Below are positions 53,073 through 64,000 of a stretch of 64,000 nucleotides of DNA, piece after piece. The translations under genes were made by a program, and so were the position numbers. The stretch is from Mobula hypostoma. Taxonomy: Eukaryota. The notes beneath the pieces were generated by a model. That model saw only the letters and a list, made by a program, of their open reading frames with translations, was not told the origin of the DNA and made no database searches. Each line of letters opens with the position of its first letter. Position 1 is the stretch's first letter. The DNA lies in assembly GCF_963921235.1 (NCBI RefSeq), contig NC_086109.1:24368001-24432000 (forward strand), written 5' to 3'.

Positions 53073-53650
53073 ATGACATCATCAGCAATGTACATGTGAC
53101 TGGTCTCACTGATCTTCTTGACAGTGGTGAACCCAATGATGGATAAGTTGGTAATGATAAGAGCACTGAATATCAAGAGTGCATGATTAGAGCTTCTCTT
53201 GTTGGAGATGATCATTGCATGGCCATTTTGTGGCATGAATGTTCTTTATCTGTAATCAGACTTTGGATATTTCATCTCATTGTCAGTATTTTCTAAATTA
53301 AAACTGAAATTTGAATCATGATTTCAAATTTACTCTCTTTGCAAAGAAGAAAAAAACTACTCTCAGTGGCCACTTTATTAGGTTTACATGCACACCTGCT
53401 CATTAATGCAGATATCTAATCAGCCAATCATGTAGCAGCAACTCAGTGCATAAAAGCATGCAGACATGGTCAGGAGGTTCTGCTGATTTCAAACATCAGA
53501 ATTGGGAAGAAATGTGATATAAGTGAATTTGACCATGGAATGATTGTTGGTGCCAGACGGAGTGGTTTGAGTATCTCAGAAACAGCTGATATCTGGGATT
53601 TTCCACACACAACAGTCTCTGGCGCTTACAGAGAATGGTGCAATAAACAA

Positions 53651-56600
53651 TCGAGAGATTCTGGCAGTTTTGGCAGTTGGTCTGTGCAATCAAGTCAATC
53701 AAGTCAATCAAGATTTGAATAGATCAGCAGAAAGCCGTTGATTAGACAATCAAGATTTGAATAGCTCAGACTCAGCAGAAAGCAGCTGATTAGACAATCG
53801 AGATCAGGTGAACAAGCATTTTGAAAAGCTCAAACAGATAAATAGAGGGATAGCTCAAGTGAAGTGGCCTGTGGAAAGCGGCCAGTGCGTGAGTGGGCCA
53901 GTGAAGGAGTGGAGCTTTGAGGCTCTGTCTCGAGAGGCTTCAACGAGAAGAGGCAGAGGACAAGCTTGCTCGCAGTTAGTCTTTACAATGCCTCCTGAGA
54001 CGGTGATGTGCCTGTCATGTGAGATGTGGCAGTCTTGAGGGAATGCCCCTCTCCCGCAGAGTCACATCTGCCAGAAGTGCATACGGCTGGGCGATCTGGA
54101 AGACCGTGTAAGGAATCTGGAGCATCAGCTGGATGACCTTCGACTCATAAGGGAGAATGAGGCAGACATAGATGAGAGCTACAGGGAGGTAGTCACACCT
54201 AGGCTGTCGGAAGCAGGTCGTTGGGTGACAGTCAGAGGGGGGAAAGTGAAGGTGAGCAGACAGGTAGTGCAGAGCACCCCTGTAGCCTTTCCCCTGAATA
54301 ATAAGTTTACCGTCCTGGATACTGTTGGCGGGGACGACCGACCAGGTGTGAGCCACGGTAGCAGGGCCTCCGGGACTGAGTCTGCTCCGGTGGTGCAGAA
54401 GCGTGGGACAGAGAAGAGGAGTGCTGATGTCATTAGAGACTCTATAGTCAGGGGAGCAGACAGGAGATTTTGTGGATGTGAGAAGGACACCCGCATGGTT
54501 TGTTGAAGCCTGGGTGCCAGGGTCTGGGATGTCTCTGACCGGGTGCACGACATCCTGGTATGAGAGGGAAAGCAACCAGAAGTCGTTATACATGTAGGGA
54601 CCAATGACATAGGCAGGAAGAGGGATGAGGTCCTGAAGTGTGAGTTTCGGGAATTAGGCAGAAGGCTGAAGAACAGGACCTCAAGGGTGGCGTTCTCAGG
54701 ATTGCTGCCAGTGCTACGTGACAGAGATGGTAAGAATTGGAGGTGATGGCAGTTGAATGCGTGGCTGAGGAGTTGGTGCAGGGAGCAGGGTTTTAGATTT
54801 TTGGATCATTGGGATCTCTTCTGGGGAAGGTGGGACCTGTACAGATTGGATGGGTTGCACCTGAACTCGAGGGGGAGCAATATCCTTGCAGGTAGGTTTT
54901 GCTAGCATGGTTCGGGAGGGTTTAAACTAATTTGTAAGGGGGATAGGACTCAAAGTGATAGAGCAGTGAAAGAAGTGCATGGAGTAAAGCCAGATCTAAC
55001 ATACAGATTGGCTTTGAGGAAAGAGAAGCAGAATAAATGGTGTAAAGACAGTAAGGTAGAAGGGCTGAAATGTGTGTACCTCAATGCAAGAAGCATCAGG
55101 AACAAAGGTGATGAACTGAGAGCTTGGATACATACATGGAATTATGATGTAGTGGCCATTACAGAGACTTGGCTGGCACCAGGGCAGAAATAGATTCTCA
55201 ATATTCCTGGATTTCAGTGCTTTAAAAGGGATAAAGAGGGCGGAAAAAGGGGAGGAGGGGTGGCATTACTGGTCAATGATACTATTACAGCTACAGAAAG
55301 GGTGGGTAATGTAGCAGGATCCTCTTTTGAGTCAGTATGGGTGGAAGTCAGGAACAGGAAGGGAGCAGTTACTCTACTGGGGGTATTCTATAGGTCCCCT
55401 GGTAGCAGCAGAGATACAGAGGAGCAGATTGGGAGGCAGACTTTGGAAAGGTGCAAAAATAACAGTGTTGTTATCATGGGTGACTTTAACTTCCCTAATA
55501 TTGATTGGCACCTGATTAGTTCCAAGGGTTTAGATGGGGCAGAGTTTGTTAAGTGTGTCCAGGACGGATTCCTGTCACAGTATGTGGACAGGCTGACTAG
55601 GGGCAATGCCATACTAGATCTAGTAATAGGTAATGAACCGGGTCAGGTCACAGATCTCTCAGTGGGTGAGCATCTGGGGGACAGTGAACACTGCTCCCTG
55701 GCCTTTAGCATTATCATGGAAAAGGATAGAATCAGAGAGGACAGGAAAATTTTTAATTGGGGAAGGGCAAATTATGAGGCTATAAGGCTAGAACTTGCGG
55801 GTGTGAATTGGGATGATGTTTTTTCAGGGAAATGTACTATGGACACGTGGTCCATGTTTAGAGATCTCTTGCAGGAGGTAAGGGATAAATTTGTCCCAGT
55901 GAGGAAGATAAAGAATGGTAGGGTGAAGGAACCATGGGTGACAAGTGAGGTGGAAAATCTAGTCAGGTGGAAGAAGGCAGCATACATGAGGTTTAGGAAG
56001 CAAGGATCAGACGGGTCTAATGAGGAATATAAGGAAGCAAGAAAAGAGCTTAAGAAGGGGCTAAGAAGAGCAAGAAGGGGGCATGAGAAGGCCTTGGCGA
56101 GTAGGGTAAAGGAAAACCCCAATGCATCCTTCAACTATGTGACGAAAAAGAGGATGACAGGAGTGAAGGTAGGACCGATTAGAGATAAAGGTAGGAAGAT
56201 GTGCCTGGAGGCTGTGGAAGTGAGCGAGGTCCTCAATAAATCCTTCTCTTTGGTATTCACCAATGAGAGGGAACTTGATGGTGAGGACAATATGAGTGAG
56301 GTTGATGTTCTGGAGCATGTTGATATTAAGGGAGAGGAGGTGTTGGAGTTGTTAAAATACATTAGGACGGATAAACTCCCGGGTCCTGACGGAATATTCC
56401 CCAGGCTGCTCCACGAGGCGAAGGAAGAGATTGTTAAGCCTCTGGCTAGGATCTTTCTGTCCTCGTTGTCCACAGGAATGGTACCGGAGGATTAGAGGGA
56501 GGCGAATGTTGTTCCCTTGTTCAAAAAAGGTAGTAGGGATAGTCTGGGTAATTATAAACCAGTGAGCCTTACGTCTGGTGGGAAAGCTATTGGAAAAGAT

Positions 56601-57907
56601 TCTTAGAGATAGGATCTATGGGCAACTTGGTCTGATCAGGGACAGTCAGCATGGCTTTGTGAAGAGCAGATCGTGTCTAACAAGCCTGATAGAGTTCTTT
56701 GAGGAGGTGACCAGGCATATAGATGTGAGTAATGCAGCGGATGTGATCTATATGGATTTTAGTAAGGCATTTGACAAGGTTCCACACAGTAGGCTTATTC
56801 AGAAAGTCAGAAGGCATGGGATGCAGGGAAGTTTGGCCAGGTGGATTCAGAATTGGCTTGCCTGCAGAAGGCAGAGGGTCGTGGTGGAGGGAGTACATTC
56901 ATATTGGAGGATTGTGACTGGCGGTGTCCCACAAGGATCTGTTTTGGGACCTCTACTTTTCATGATTTTTATTAACAACCTGGATGTGGGGGTAGAGGGG
57001 TGGGTTGGCAAGTTTGCAGATGACACAAAGGTTGATGGTGTTGTAGATAGTGTAAAGGATTGTCAAAGATTACAGAGAGACATTGATAGGATGCAGAAGT
57101 GGGCTGAGAAGTGGCAGATGGAGTTCAACCCGGAGAAGTGTGAGGTGGTACACTTTGGAAGAACAAACTCCAAGGCAGAGTACAAAGTAAGTGGTAGGAT
57201 ACTTGGTAGTGTGGAGGAGCAGAGGGATCTGGGGGTACATGTCCACAGATCCCTGAAAGTTGCCTCACAGGTGGATAGGGTAGTTAAGAAAGCTTATGGT
57301 GTGTTAGCTTTCATAAGTTGAGAGATAGAGTTTAAGAGTTGTGATGTAATGATGCAGCTCTATAAAACTCTGGTTAGGCCACACTTGGAGTACTGTATCC
57401 AGTTCTGGTCGCCTCACTATAGGAAGTATGTGGAAGCATTGGAAAGGGTACAGAGGACATTTACCAGGATGCTGCCTGGTTTAGAGAGTCTGCATTATGA
57501 TCAGAGATTAAGGGAGCTAGGGTTTTACTCTTTGTTGAGAAGGAAGATGAGAGGAGACATGATAGAGGTGTACAAGATAATAAGAATAGATAGAGTGGAT
57601 AGCCAGTGCCTCTTCCCCAGGGCACCACTGCTCAATACAAGAGGACATGGCTTTAAGGTAAGGGGTGGGAAGTTCAAGGGGGATATTAGAGGAAGGTTTT
57701 TTACTCAGAGAGTGGTTGGTGCATGGAATGCACTGCCTGAGTCAGTGGTGGAGTCAGATACACTAGTGAAGTTTAAGAGACTACTAGACAGGTATATGGA
57801 GGAATTTAAGGTGGGGCTTATATGGGAGGCAGCGTTTGAGGGTCGGCACAACATTGTGGGCCGAAGGGCCTGTACTGTGCTGTACTATTCTATGTTCTAT
57901 GTTCCAT
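53651..57907 (+). mobile_element. Near full-length CR1 LINE
   Basis: Repetitive 5' UTR, ORF1, ORF2 and (ttctatg)n 3' tail. Confidence 0.95.
53988..54930 (+). pseudogene. CR1 ORF1 (Zn finger, coiled coil, SGNH esterase-like), disrupted
   Basis: CLSC...CQKC, LEDRVRNLEHQL, DSIVRG, VVIHVGTND, DGLHL; internal stops. Confidence 0.85.
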
Positions 57908-57909
57908 AA
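54931..57909 (+). pseudogene. CR1 ORF2 (APE endonuclease + reverse transcriptase), disrupted
   Basis: YLNARS, ITETW, GDFN, DFSKAFD, GVPQGSVLGP, FADD; broken by several stops and frameshifts. Confidence 0.92.
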
Positions 57910-59031
57910 AAAACAAACATCCAGTGAGTGGAAGATCTGTGGGTGAAAATGCCTTGTTAATGAGAGAGAAACGAGGAGAATGGCCAGACTGGTTCAAGTT
58001 GACAGGAAGGCGACAGCCACTTAACCACATAACACAACAGTGGAGTACAGAAGATCACAACACATCAAACCTTGAGGTAGATGGGCTACAGCAGCAGAAG
58101 ACCATGAACATACACTCAGTGGCCTTTTGACTAGGTACGTCCTGTCCCTAATAAAATGGCCTCTGAGTGTATTTTTGTATCGTTGAAGTACGATATAATG
58201 ACCCCATGGTACAAGATCAGCTACGATCTGATAGAACAGTGCTGAGCAGCCTCTTCCTGCTTCTATTTTTTCTGTTCAAGTTTGGATAGGTGTCCCACCC
58301 TAACCAAGTTCCTTTAACTTTCAGCCCTTCACAATAGCTGGTTCATGCAGCAAGCCACTTCATTTATTTTTTGCGTATCTGTAGCTGAGTCAGGAAGGAA
58401 CAAACATTTAGAGGTTACGGGTTGTTTTTCAGTAAATCACAGATGTCAACGTTTAACAGCACAAACAACATTTTCAGCATTGCAACCTGGAATCCACAGA
58501 AAATCATTTCAGCCTGTCACTGGTCACTTGCTCCACTGTTACCTTTTAAGGCCTTAAAACGTCTTGCGAAGGCTCACAGATTGGATACAGTAAGTGCTAT
58601 CAGCGTCTGAATGGGGAAGGTCCACTTCACACTAGGTCTCACGTGCAGTTATTGCCATCTACGACAGTAGTGTCTCCCCTCCCCTCTTTCCAATATGATC
58701 TTACATATGAGCATAAGAAAGAGGAACAGGAATCGGCCATCTGACCTGATGAGGCTGCTCTGCCATTTAATAAAATCATGCCAGATCTGACCTTCAGCTA
58801 AGATGTTTAAAAATGGGGAAACATCAGGGTTTATTATAGGAGGGTAGTGGGATGGGGATAGAGTGGCATTGAATATTGGATTGACTGAGGAAGTGGGACT
58901 TAGGGTGAGAGAGAAATACTAATGACTGCAGGGAAGTCTGAGGGGAGAAAAAGAGGTTTCAGTGGGATGTCACTAATATTCTCAGCAAACTTGTATTGAT
59001 GATGTGACAGTGATAAAAATCTTTCATTAAG

Positions 59032-59262
59032 GTGGCACGATAGCATAGTGGTTAGTGTAACACTATTACGGTGCCAGCGACCTGGGCTTCATTCCTCTCC
59101 TCCATGTTATGAGCTTGTGCATCCTCCCCGTGACCAGTTAGATTTCGTCTCACATTCCAAAGATGTATGAACTGATCACATGGGTGCAATTGGGCTCATT
59201 GGCCCAGAAGGGCCAGCTACCATGCTGGATCTTCTAAACAAAATAAAATAAAAATATAAATA
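59032..59262 (+). mobile_element. V-SINE-type SINE, internally deleted
   Basis: tRNA-like head ggtggcacgatagcatagtggttag; (aaaat)n tail. Confidence 0.65.
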
Positions 59263-59919
59263 GACATATTCAAGTTCGCCAAACAAAACAAAACCACTGC
59301 TTGCTCCCTCAGAGAAACCAGTGATGTGAGGGGCCTTCCTTCATTTTCTTCTGTCTTGCTGTTCTTTTTACACTTACTTTCCTCCTTCCTTACTTGTATT
59401 TCTTGCTAACCTGTCTTCTGGCTTTCCTTCTTCCTGTTTTGCCTCCTTGCTTGCTTTTGCACTCATGTGCAAACTTCTTGCTCACTTGCTTTTCTGATTG
59501 TTCGGGTGTTTGTTTCTTCACATGCTTTCTTGATGGCGTTCTCATTTCCTTGCTATACATAAAAGTGTACACATTAGGAGCAGGAATTGACCATTATAGT
59601 TGACCCTCTGCCTCAGTGCCAGTTTGTGGCATTATTCCCATATCCGTAGAATTGCTAAACATCCATTTATCTCTGTATACTCATCAATAGAGCCTCCAGA
59701 GCCTTCCAAGCTGAAGAATTCCTAAAGCTTACCACCCGCTGTGTGAAGAAATTTCTCACCATCTCAGCCTTAAGTAGCATATTTCATATTCTGTGACTGT
59801 TATCCAGGTTCTCACACACTGCATACTCCCAGTAGTCAGCCTTTTCAGACCTGAAGGAATTTGGTCTATTTTCATTCCTTGCTGCCTTCAAGTCCCAAAT
59901 AGGGCCAACGGTTGATATG

Positions 59920-60259
59920 CACTCAGTGGCCACTTTATTAGGTACAGGACTTGTTGTGTATTCAGAGATGCTCTTCTGCACACCACTGTTGTAATGCTTG
60001 CTCATTTTACACTGTTCTGTGTAAACTCCAGAGACCGTTGTGCATGCAAATCCCAGCAGATCCGCAGTTTCAGAAATACTCGTGTTACTTAGATCACCAT
60101 CCTGCCCCCGTTCTAATGTTTGAGATGAACAGCAATTAAGCCTCTTGACAATGTCTTCATGCTTTTATGCACTGAGCTGTTGCCACATGTTTGGCTGATT
60201 AGATATTTGCATTGACAAGCCGGTATACAGGTGTACCTAATAAAATGGCCACTGAGAGT
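59920..60259 (-). mobile_element. Short Tc1-like derivative (same family as 3913-4453)
   Basis: TIRs cactcagtggccactttattagg / cctaataaaatggccactgag; body matches 4020-4450. Confidence 0.8.
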
Positions 60260-60299
60260 ATTTAAAAAAGACTGGGTGCATTTTTGTAGGATCCATCAT

Positions 60300-60570
60300 T
60301 GCCTTGGGATGCCCCACTTTGCTGTACAGTCTATTAAGAATGTTGTTGGAAACTCAACATGTAACTTATGCATATTAAATATTATGCAAACAGCATGAAA
60401 ACCATGAGCAGGTAATATGCTTCTGATGTGGTTGAGGGTTGATCATAGCCTGAATACTGAGATTAATGTCCCTGCTCTTCCTTTGAAGACTTGCCATGTG
60501 TCCTTCATGTTTAACCCATAGAGAAGATGGAGCCTTGTTTTATTGATTCATGGAATCAATGACAGAGCAA
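60300..60570 (-). mobile_element. Ancient DeuSINE (Deu-domain) remnant
   Basis: gatgtggttgaggg...ccctgctcttc...tgccatg...gagcctt resembles the reverse Deu domain as I recall it. Confidence 0.55.
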
Positions 60571-60859
60571 TGTGTTTTAGAGCATCCTGAAATGCATGTG
60601 AAAGGTGCTCTGTAAATGTAAGCTTTACATTCTCTATAACACTGACATTATTTGTGGTCCAGGAATTCATAGAATGGGACCTGCATAATTTTGATCCATG
60701 CATCCTAAGTCAGTCCACTGTCTTGCGAGACCATCCAATACCAAAGTTTGTGTGGAGATCAGCAGCAGATGCAGCAGCATGAAAAAGTGTAAATAGATGC
60801 AGTCAAAGTCCATTGACAGATTTTTTTAAGCATATCTGGAATTCCTCTTGAAAGTTTAG

Positions 60860-61295
60860 TTTGCTTATTTATTTATTTGTTTGTTTGTTTGTTTATCAAG
60901 ATACAGCTTGGAACAGGCCCTTTCAGCCTTTTGAGCCATGCTAGCCATCAACCCCCCCAACTTAACCTTAGCCTAATCACGGGACAACTTTCAATGACCA
61001 ATTAACTTATCACTGGTAGAGCTTTGGACTGTGAGAGGGAATTGTTATTAGCCGCTCCCACATGAGTGGAGTTCACATATTGTACAAGCAACATTATCAA
61101 TAAAGTTCAGTCGAATATCCTGCAAGGTTGGCATCCTGGTGTGCTCTGCACTCTCCCTCAATATCCAGCAGAACACAGAGGGAATCTATGCGGTCATGAG
61201 CAGAACATACAAGCTCCTTACAGACAGTGGCAGAAATTGAACCTAGGTCTCTGGTACTGTAAAGCACTGTATTAACCACTTTGCTTCTGCAGTAC
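60860..61295 (-). mobile_element. V-SINE-type SINE
   Basis: (ttta/ttgt)n tail at left, tRNA-like head at right. Confidence 0.6.
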
Positions 61296-62295
61296 ATCAT
61301 TTGTTTCCCCAGGCAGTGTACTTATATCTGATGTCCCAAGTTAGTTTTCCATCCAACTACCAACCTTGCCCAAGTTGACTTAATTGGATACTCACAGAGA
61401 ATATGTAGAGTCACAGAATCGTAGAGGAGTACAGCACAGAAACAGGCCTTTCGGCCCATTTAGTCTATGCCAAAGTCACTTAACCTGCATACTCCCATTG
61501 ACCTGCACCAGAACGACAGCCCTCCATACTCCTACTATTCGTGTACCTATCCAAAAGATTAAAGGTCTATTGCTTACCATTGAAAATTATTTCCTATCAA
61601 TTCTGATAAAGTAGGGTTGAAAAGCATTACATTATTTGGCCATTTTTAATGCAGCTTTATAAAATCTGCCTGATTTTACTTTGGAAACAGAAAATACTGG
61701 AGCTGTCCAGCATGTCAGACAGCATCTGTGGAAGGAGAAATAATTAATGTTTCAAGTCTGGGACATCTCCTCAGAACTGAATCTTTGACTCTTTAGATAG
61801 ACGCAGTTCACACTTGTTCCCTCAACAAAATTGTTATTAATGTGCTTATCCACTGATTGGAAATTGATTGTTCTTATCAGGATGTGTTCTGAAGGAAACG
61901 CATACTTGGATCAATGTTACATGTTAAAATTAGCAATTGACACTTTTAAGGGATTAGGGATCAGTGAATCGATAAAAACATTAAGTGATTTTTAGAAGTT
62001 CAATTTCATTTAGCAAGAAATGTTCTAGTCAGCCAGTACATTGGAACAATCATTATATGATTGGAGGCTGCGTAGCATTCATGCCAGGACCACCAGACTC
62101 AATAATAGTTACTTGTACCAACAGTAAGGCTGATCAACACCTCCACCTACTAACCCACCAACCCACCCCACCACCACTAATTTATCATTTCCTGTAGATG
62201 CCAGTTATGTACAGACACCCCTGTGCCTAGTGTTACTTTATGTACACAAAATCAATCTATGTATACATAGACTGATACACAATAAGATAAAGAAC

Positions 62296-62298
<3 letters not shown>

Positions 62299-62345
<47 letters not shown>
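62299..62345. repeat. (CA)n microsatellite
   Basis: Direct observation. Confidence 0.95.
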
Positions 62346-62352
<7 letters not shown>

Positions 62353-63184
62353 TTACTATCTTATGTATTTATATTTATTGCGTTTTTTATTACTGTGTTC
62401 TTTACCTCATTGTGTTTTCTAGTGTTTTCTGGAGTAACACTCATTACATTCCCCGTTACACTCATGTATTGGGAATTACCTTAAGCAAGAATTTTTGCAC
62501 TAAATAAATAATTCTGCAAATCTTGGTCGGAAGACAACTTGCTTCAAGTGAACTTAAACTTGGACCAATAAATCACAGCCATGCGGAGTTACTGGTGCAT
62601 TTCTGCTTCAGCCCAAGTAGAATCAATGATGTATGTAATGCCAGTCGAACATGTTGAATATTGGCATGGATTTTATGGAGTGGGTGCGGATGTTATTAAA
62701 TGCTGTGGATGAAGTCACAGGACAGAGGATACCAGAAAACTTGCTATGATATAAGTTAGCAATCTTCACATGTTCTGAGACATTGAGTCTTGGCACAAGC
62801 GTTCAGCAAATTTGAGCCAATTATGACCATAAACATTTCCACAGTGTCAGCTCATACCCTTTGCATGATCAGCATTTCATTATGATTTGCTATTATAGCA
62901 GAGTACAAGGCTGATGAACGTAGAATTGAAGACACATATGATGTGGAATCTTTCCAACACAGACACCAATAAGTGTAAATGAAAAAGGACTAAACAGCTG
63001 TCAAAGGAGATTTCTGTGAATACATGTGGCAGTTATACACTGATCTTAAATAATAAAAAACAATAAAAATGATGCAAATTACTCAGCAGTCCAGGTTGCA
63101 TCTGTGTAGAGTACGCTGTCAACCTGATGTCCATGGGTCTCTTGGTTAATGGTTGGGGTCCATGGACTAAATGAGGTGTAGTGA

Positions 63185-63635
63185 GAAGGCTGACAGTGTT
63201 GTTAAGAAGGTGTATGGTGTGTTGGCCTTCATCAATCATGGGATTGAGTTCAAGAGCCGTGAGGTAATGTTACAGCTGTATAAGACCTTAGTTAAATCAC
63301 TTGGAGTACTGCGTTCAGTTCTGGTCACCTCGTACAGGAAGGATGTGGATACTATAGAGAGAGTGCAGAGGAGATTTACAAGGATGTTGCCTGGATTGGA
63401 GAGCATCCCTAATGAGAATAGGTTGAGTGAACTCTGCCTTTTCTCCTTGGAGTGACAGAGGATGAGAGGTGACCTGATAGAGGTGTATAAGATGATGAGT
63501 GGATAGCCAGAGGCATAGATTTAATGCGCTTGGAAGTGGGATGTCAGAGGTAATTTTTTTCACACAGAGAATGGTGGGTATGTGGTATGCACTGTCAGAA
63601 AAGGTGGTAGAGGTGAATAAAATAGGATCTTTTAA
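63185..63635 (+). mobile_element. CR1 ORF2 3' fragment
   Basis: VVKKVYGVLAFI...ERVQRRFTRMLPGL. Confidence 0.85.
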
Positions 63636-64000
63636 GCAACATACATCAAAGTTGCTGGTGAACACAGCAGGCCAAGCAGCATCTGTAGGAAGAGGTGCAG
63701 TCGACGTATCAGGCCAAGACCCTTCGCCAGGACTAACTGAAGGAAGAGTGAGTAAGGGATTTGAAAGTTGGAGGGGGAGGGGGAGATCCAAAATGATAGG
63801 AGAAGACAGGAGGGGGAGGGATAGAGCCGAGAGCTGGACAGGTGATAGGCAAAAGGGGATACGAGAGGATCATGGGACAGGAAGTCCGGGAAGAAAGACA
63901 AGGGGGGGGTGACCCAGAGGATGGGCAAGAGGTATATTCAGAGGGACAGAGGGAGAAAAAGGAGAGTGAGAGAAAGAATGTGTGCATAAAAATGAGTAAC
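63636..64000 (-). mobile_element. Penelope pLTR, runs off the window end
   Basis: Near-identical to 29761-30125; hammerhead core mutated (63699-63739). Confidence 0.85.

Larger units (their letters stand above)
53359..58169 (+). mobile_element. Tc1-like element split by the CR1 insertion (left 53359-53650, right 57908-58169)
   Basis: Left TIR ctcagtggccactttattagg; MIVGARRSGLSISETADIWDFPHTTVSGAYREWC; Tc1 sequence resumes at aacatccagtgagtgg; right TIR followed by TA at 58170-71. Confidence 0.85.

Noticed and set aside
55260..57909. Longest ORFs as an active reverse transcriptase gene
   Set aside because: CR1 ORF2 is interrupted by stops and frameshifts, so this copy is non-functional.
59330..59603. 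Hydrophobic Cys/Leu-rich ORF and its Lys-rich antisense ORF
   Set aside because: Artefact of a decayed pyrimidine-rich (cttg-like) simple repeat.

Overview
Repeat-rich vertebrate genomic DNA, probably intronic or intergenic. The repeat mix (CR1 LINEs, V-SINEs, DeuSINE, abundant Penelope pLTRs) suggests a cartilaginous fish, probably a ray (inference). I recognise no host protein-coding gene; most ORF-track entries are transposon remnants or noise. Main contents: (1) a near full-length but disabled CR1 LINE (53.65-57.9 kb) inserted into a Tc1-like element; (2) an older CR1 (38.1-43.1 kb) carrying three nested insertions; (3) several Penelope-like (GIY-YIG) insertions, often as TSD-flanked inverted pairs, carrying minimal hammerhead ribozyme motifs; (4) a decayed endogenous retrovirus (34.6-38.0 kb) with class III/ERV-L-like pro-pol, a gamma-type env (ISD + CX6CC), a PPT and a 3' LTR start; (5) nested hAT MITEs, Tc1 derivatives, Rex1/Babar 3' ends, tRNA-SINEs and RTE-derived SINEs; (6) non-TE structures: two local inverted duplications and a ~67-nt pre-miRNA-like hairpin. 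All family calls are by motif recognition; no searches or folding were run.
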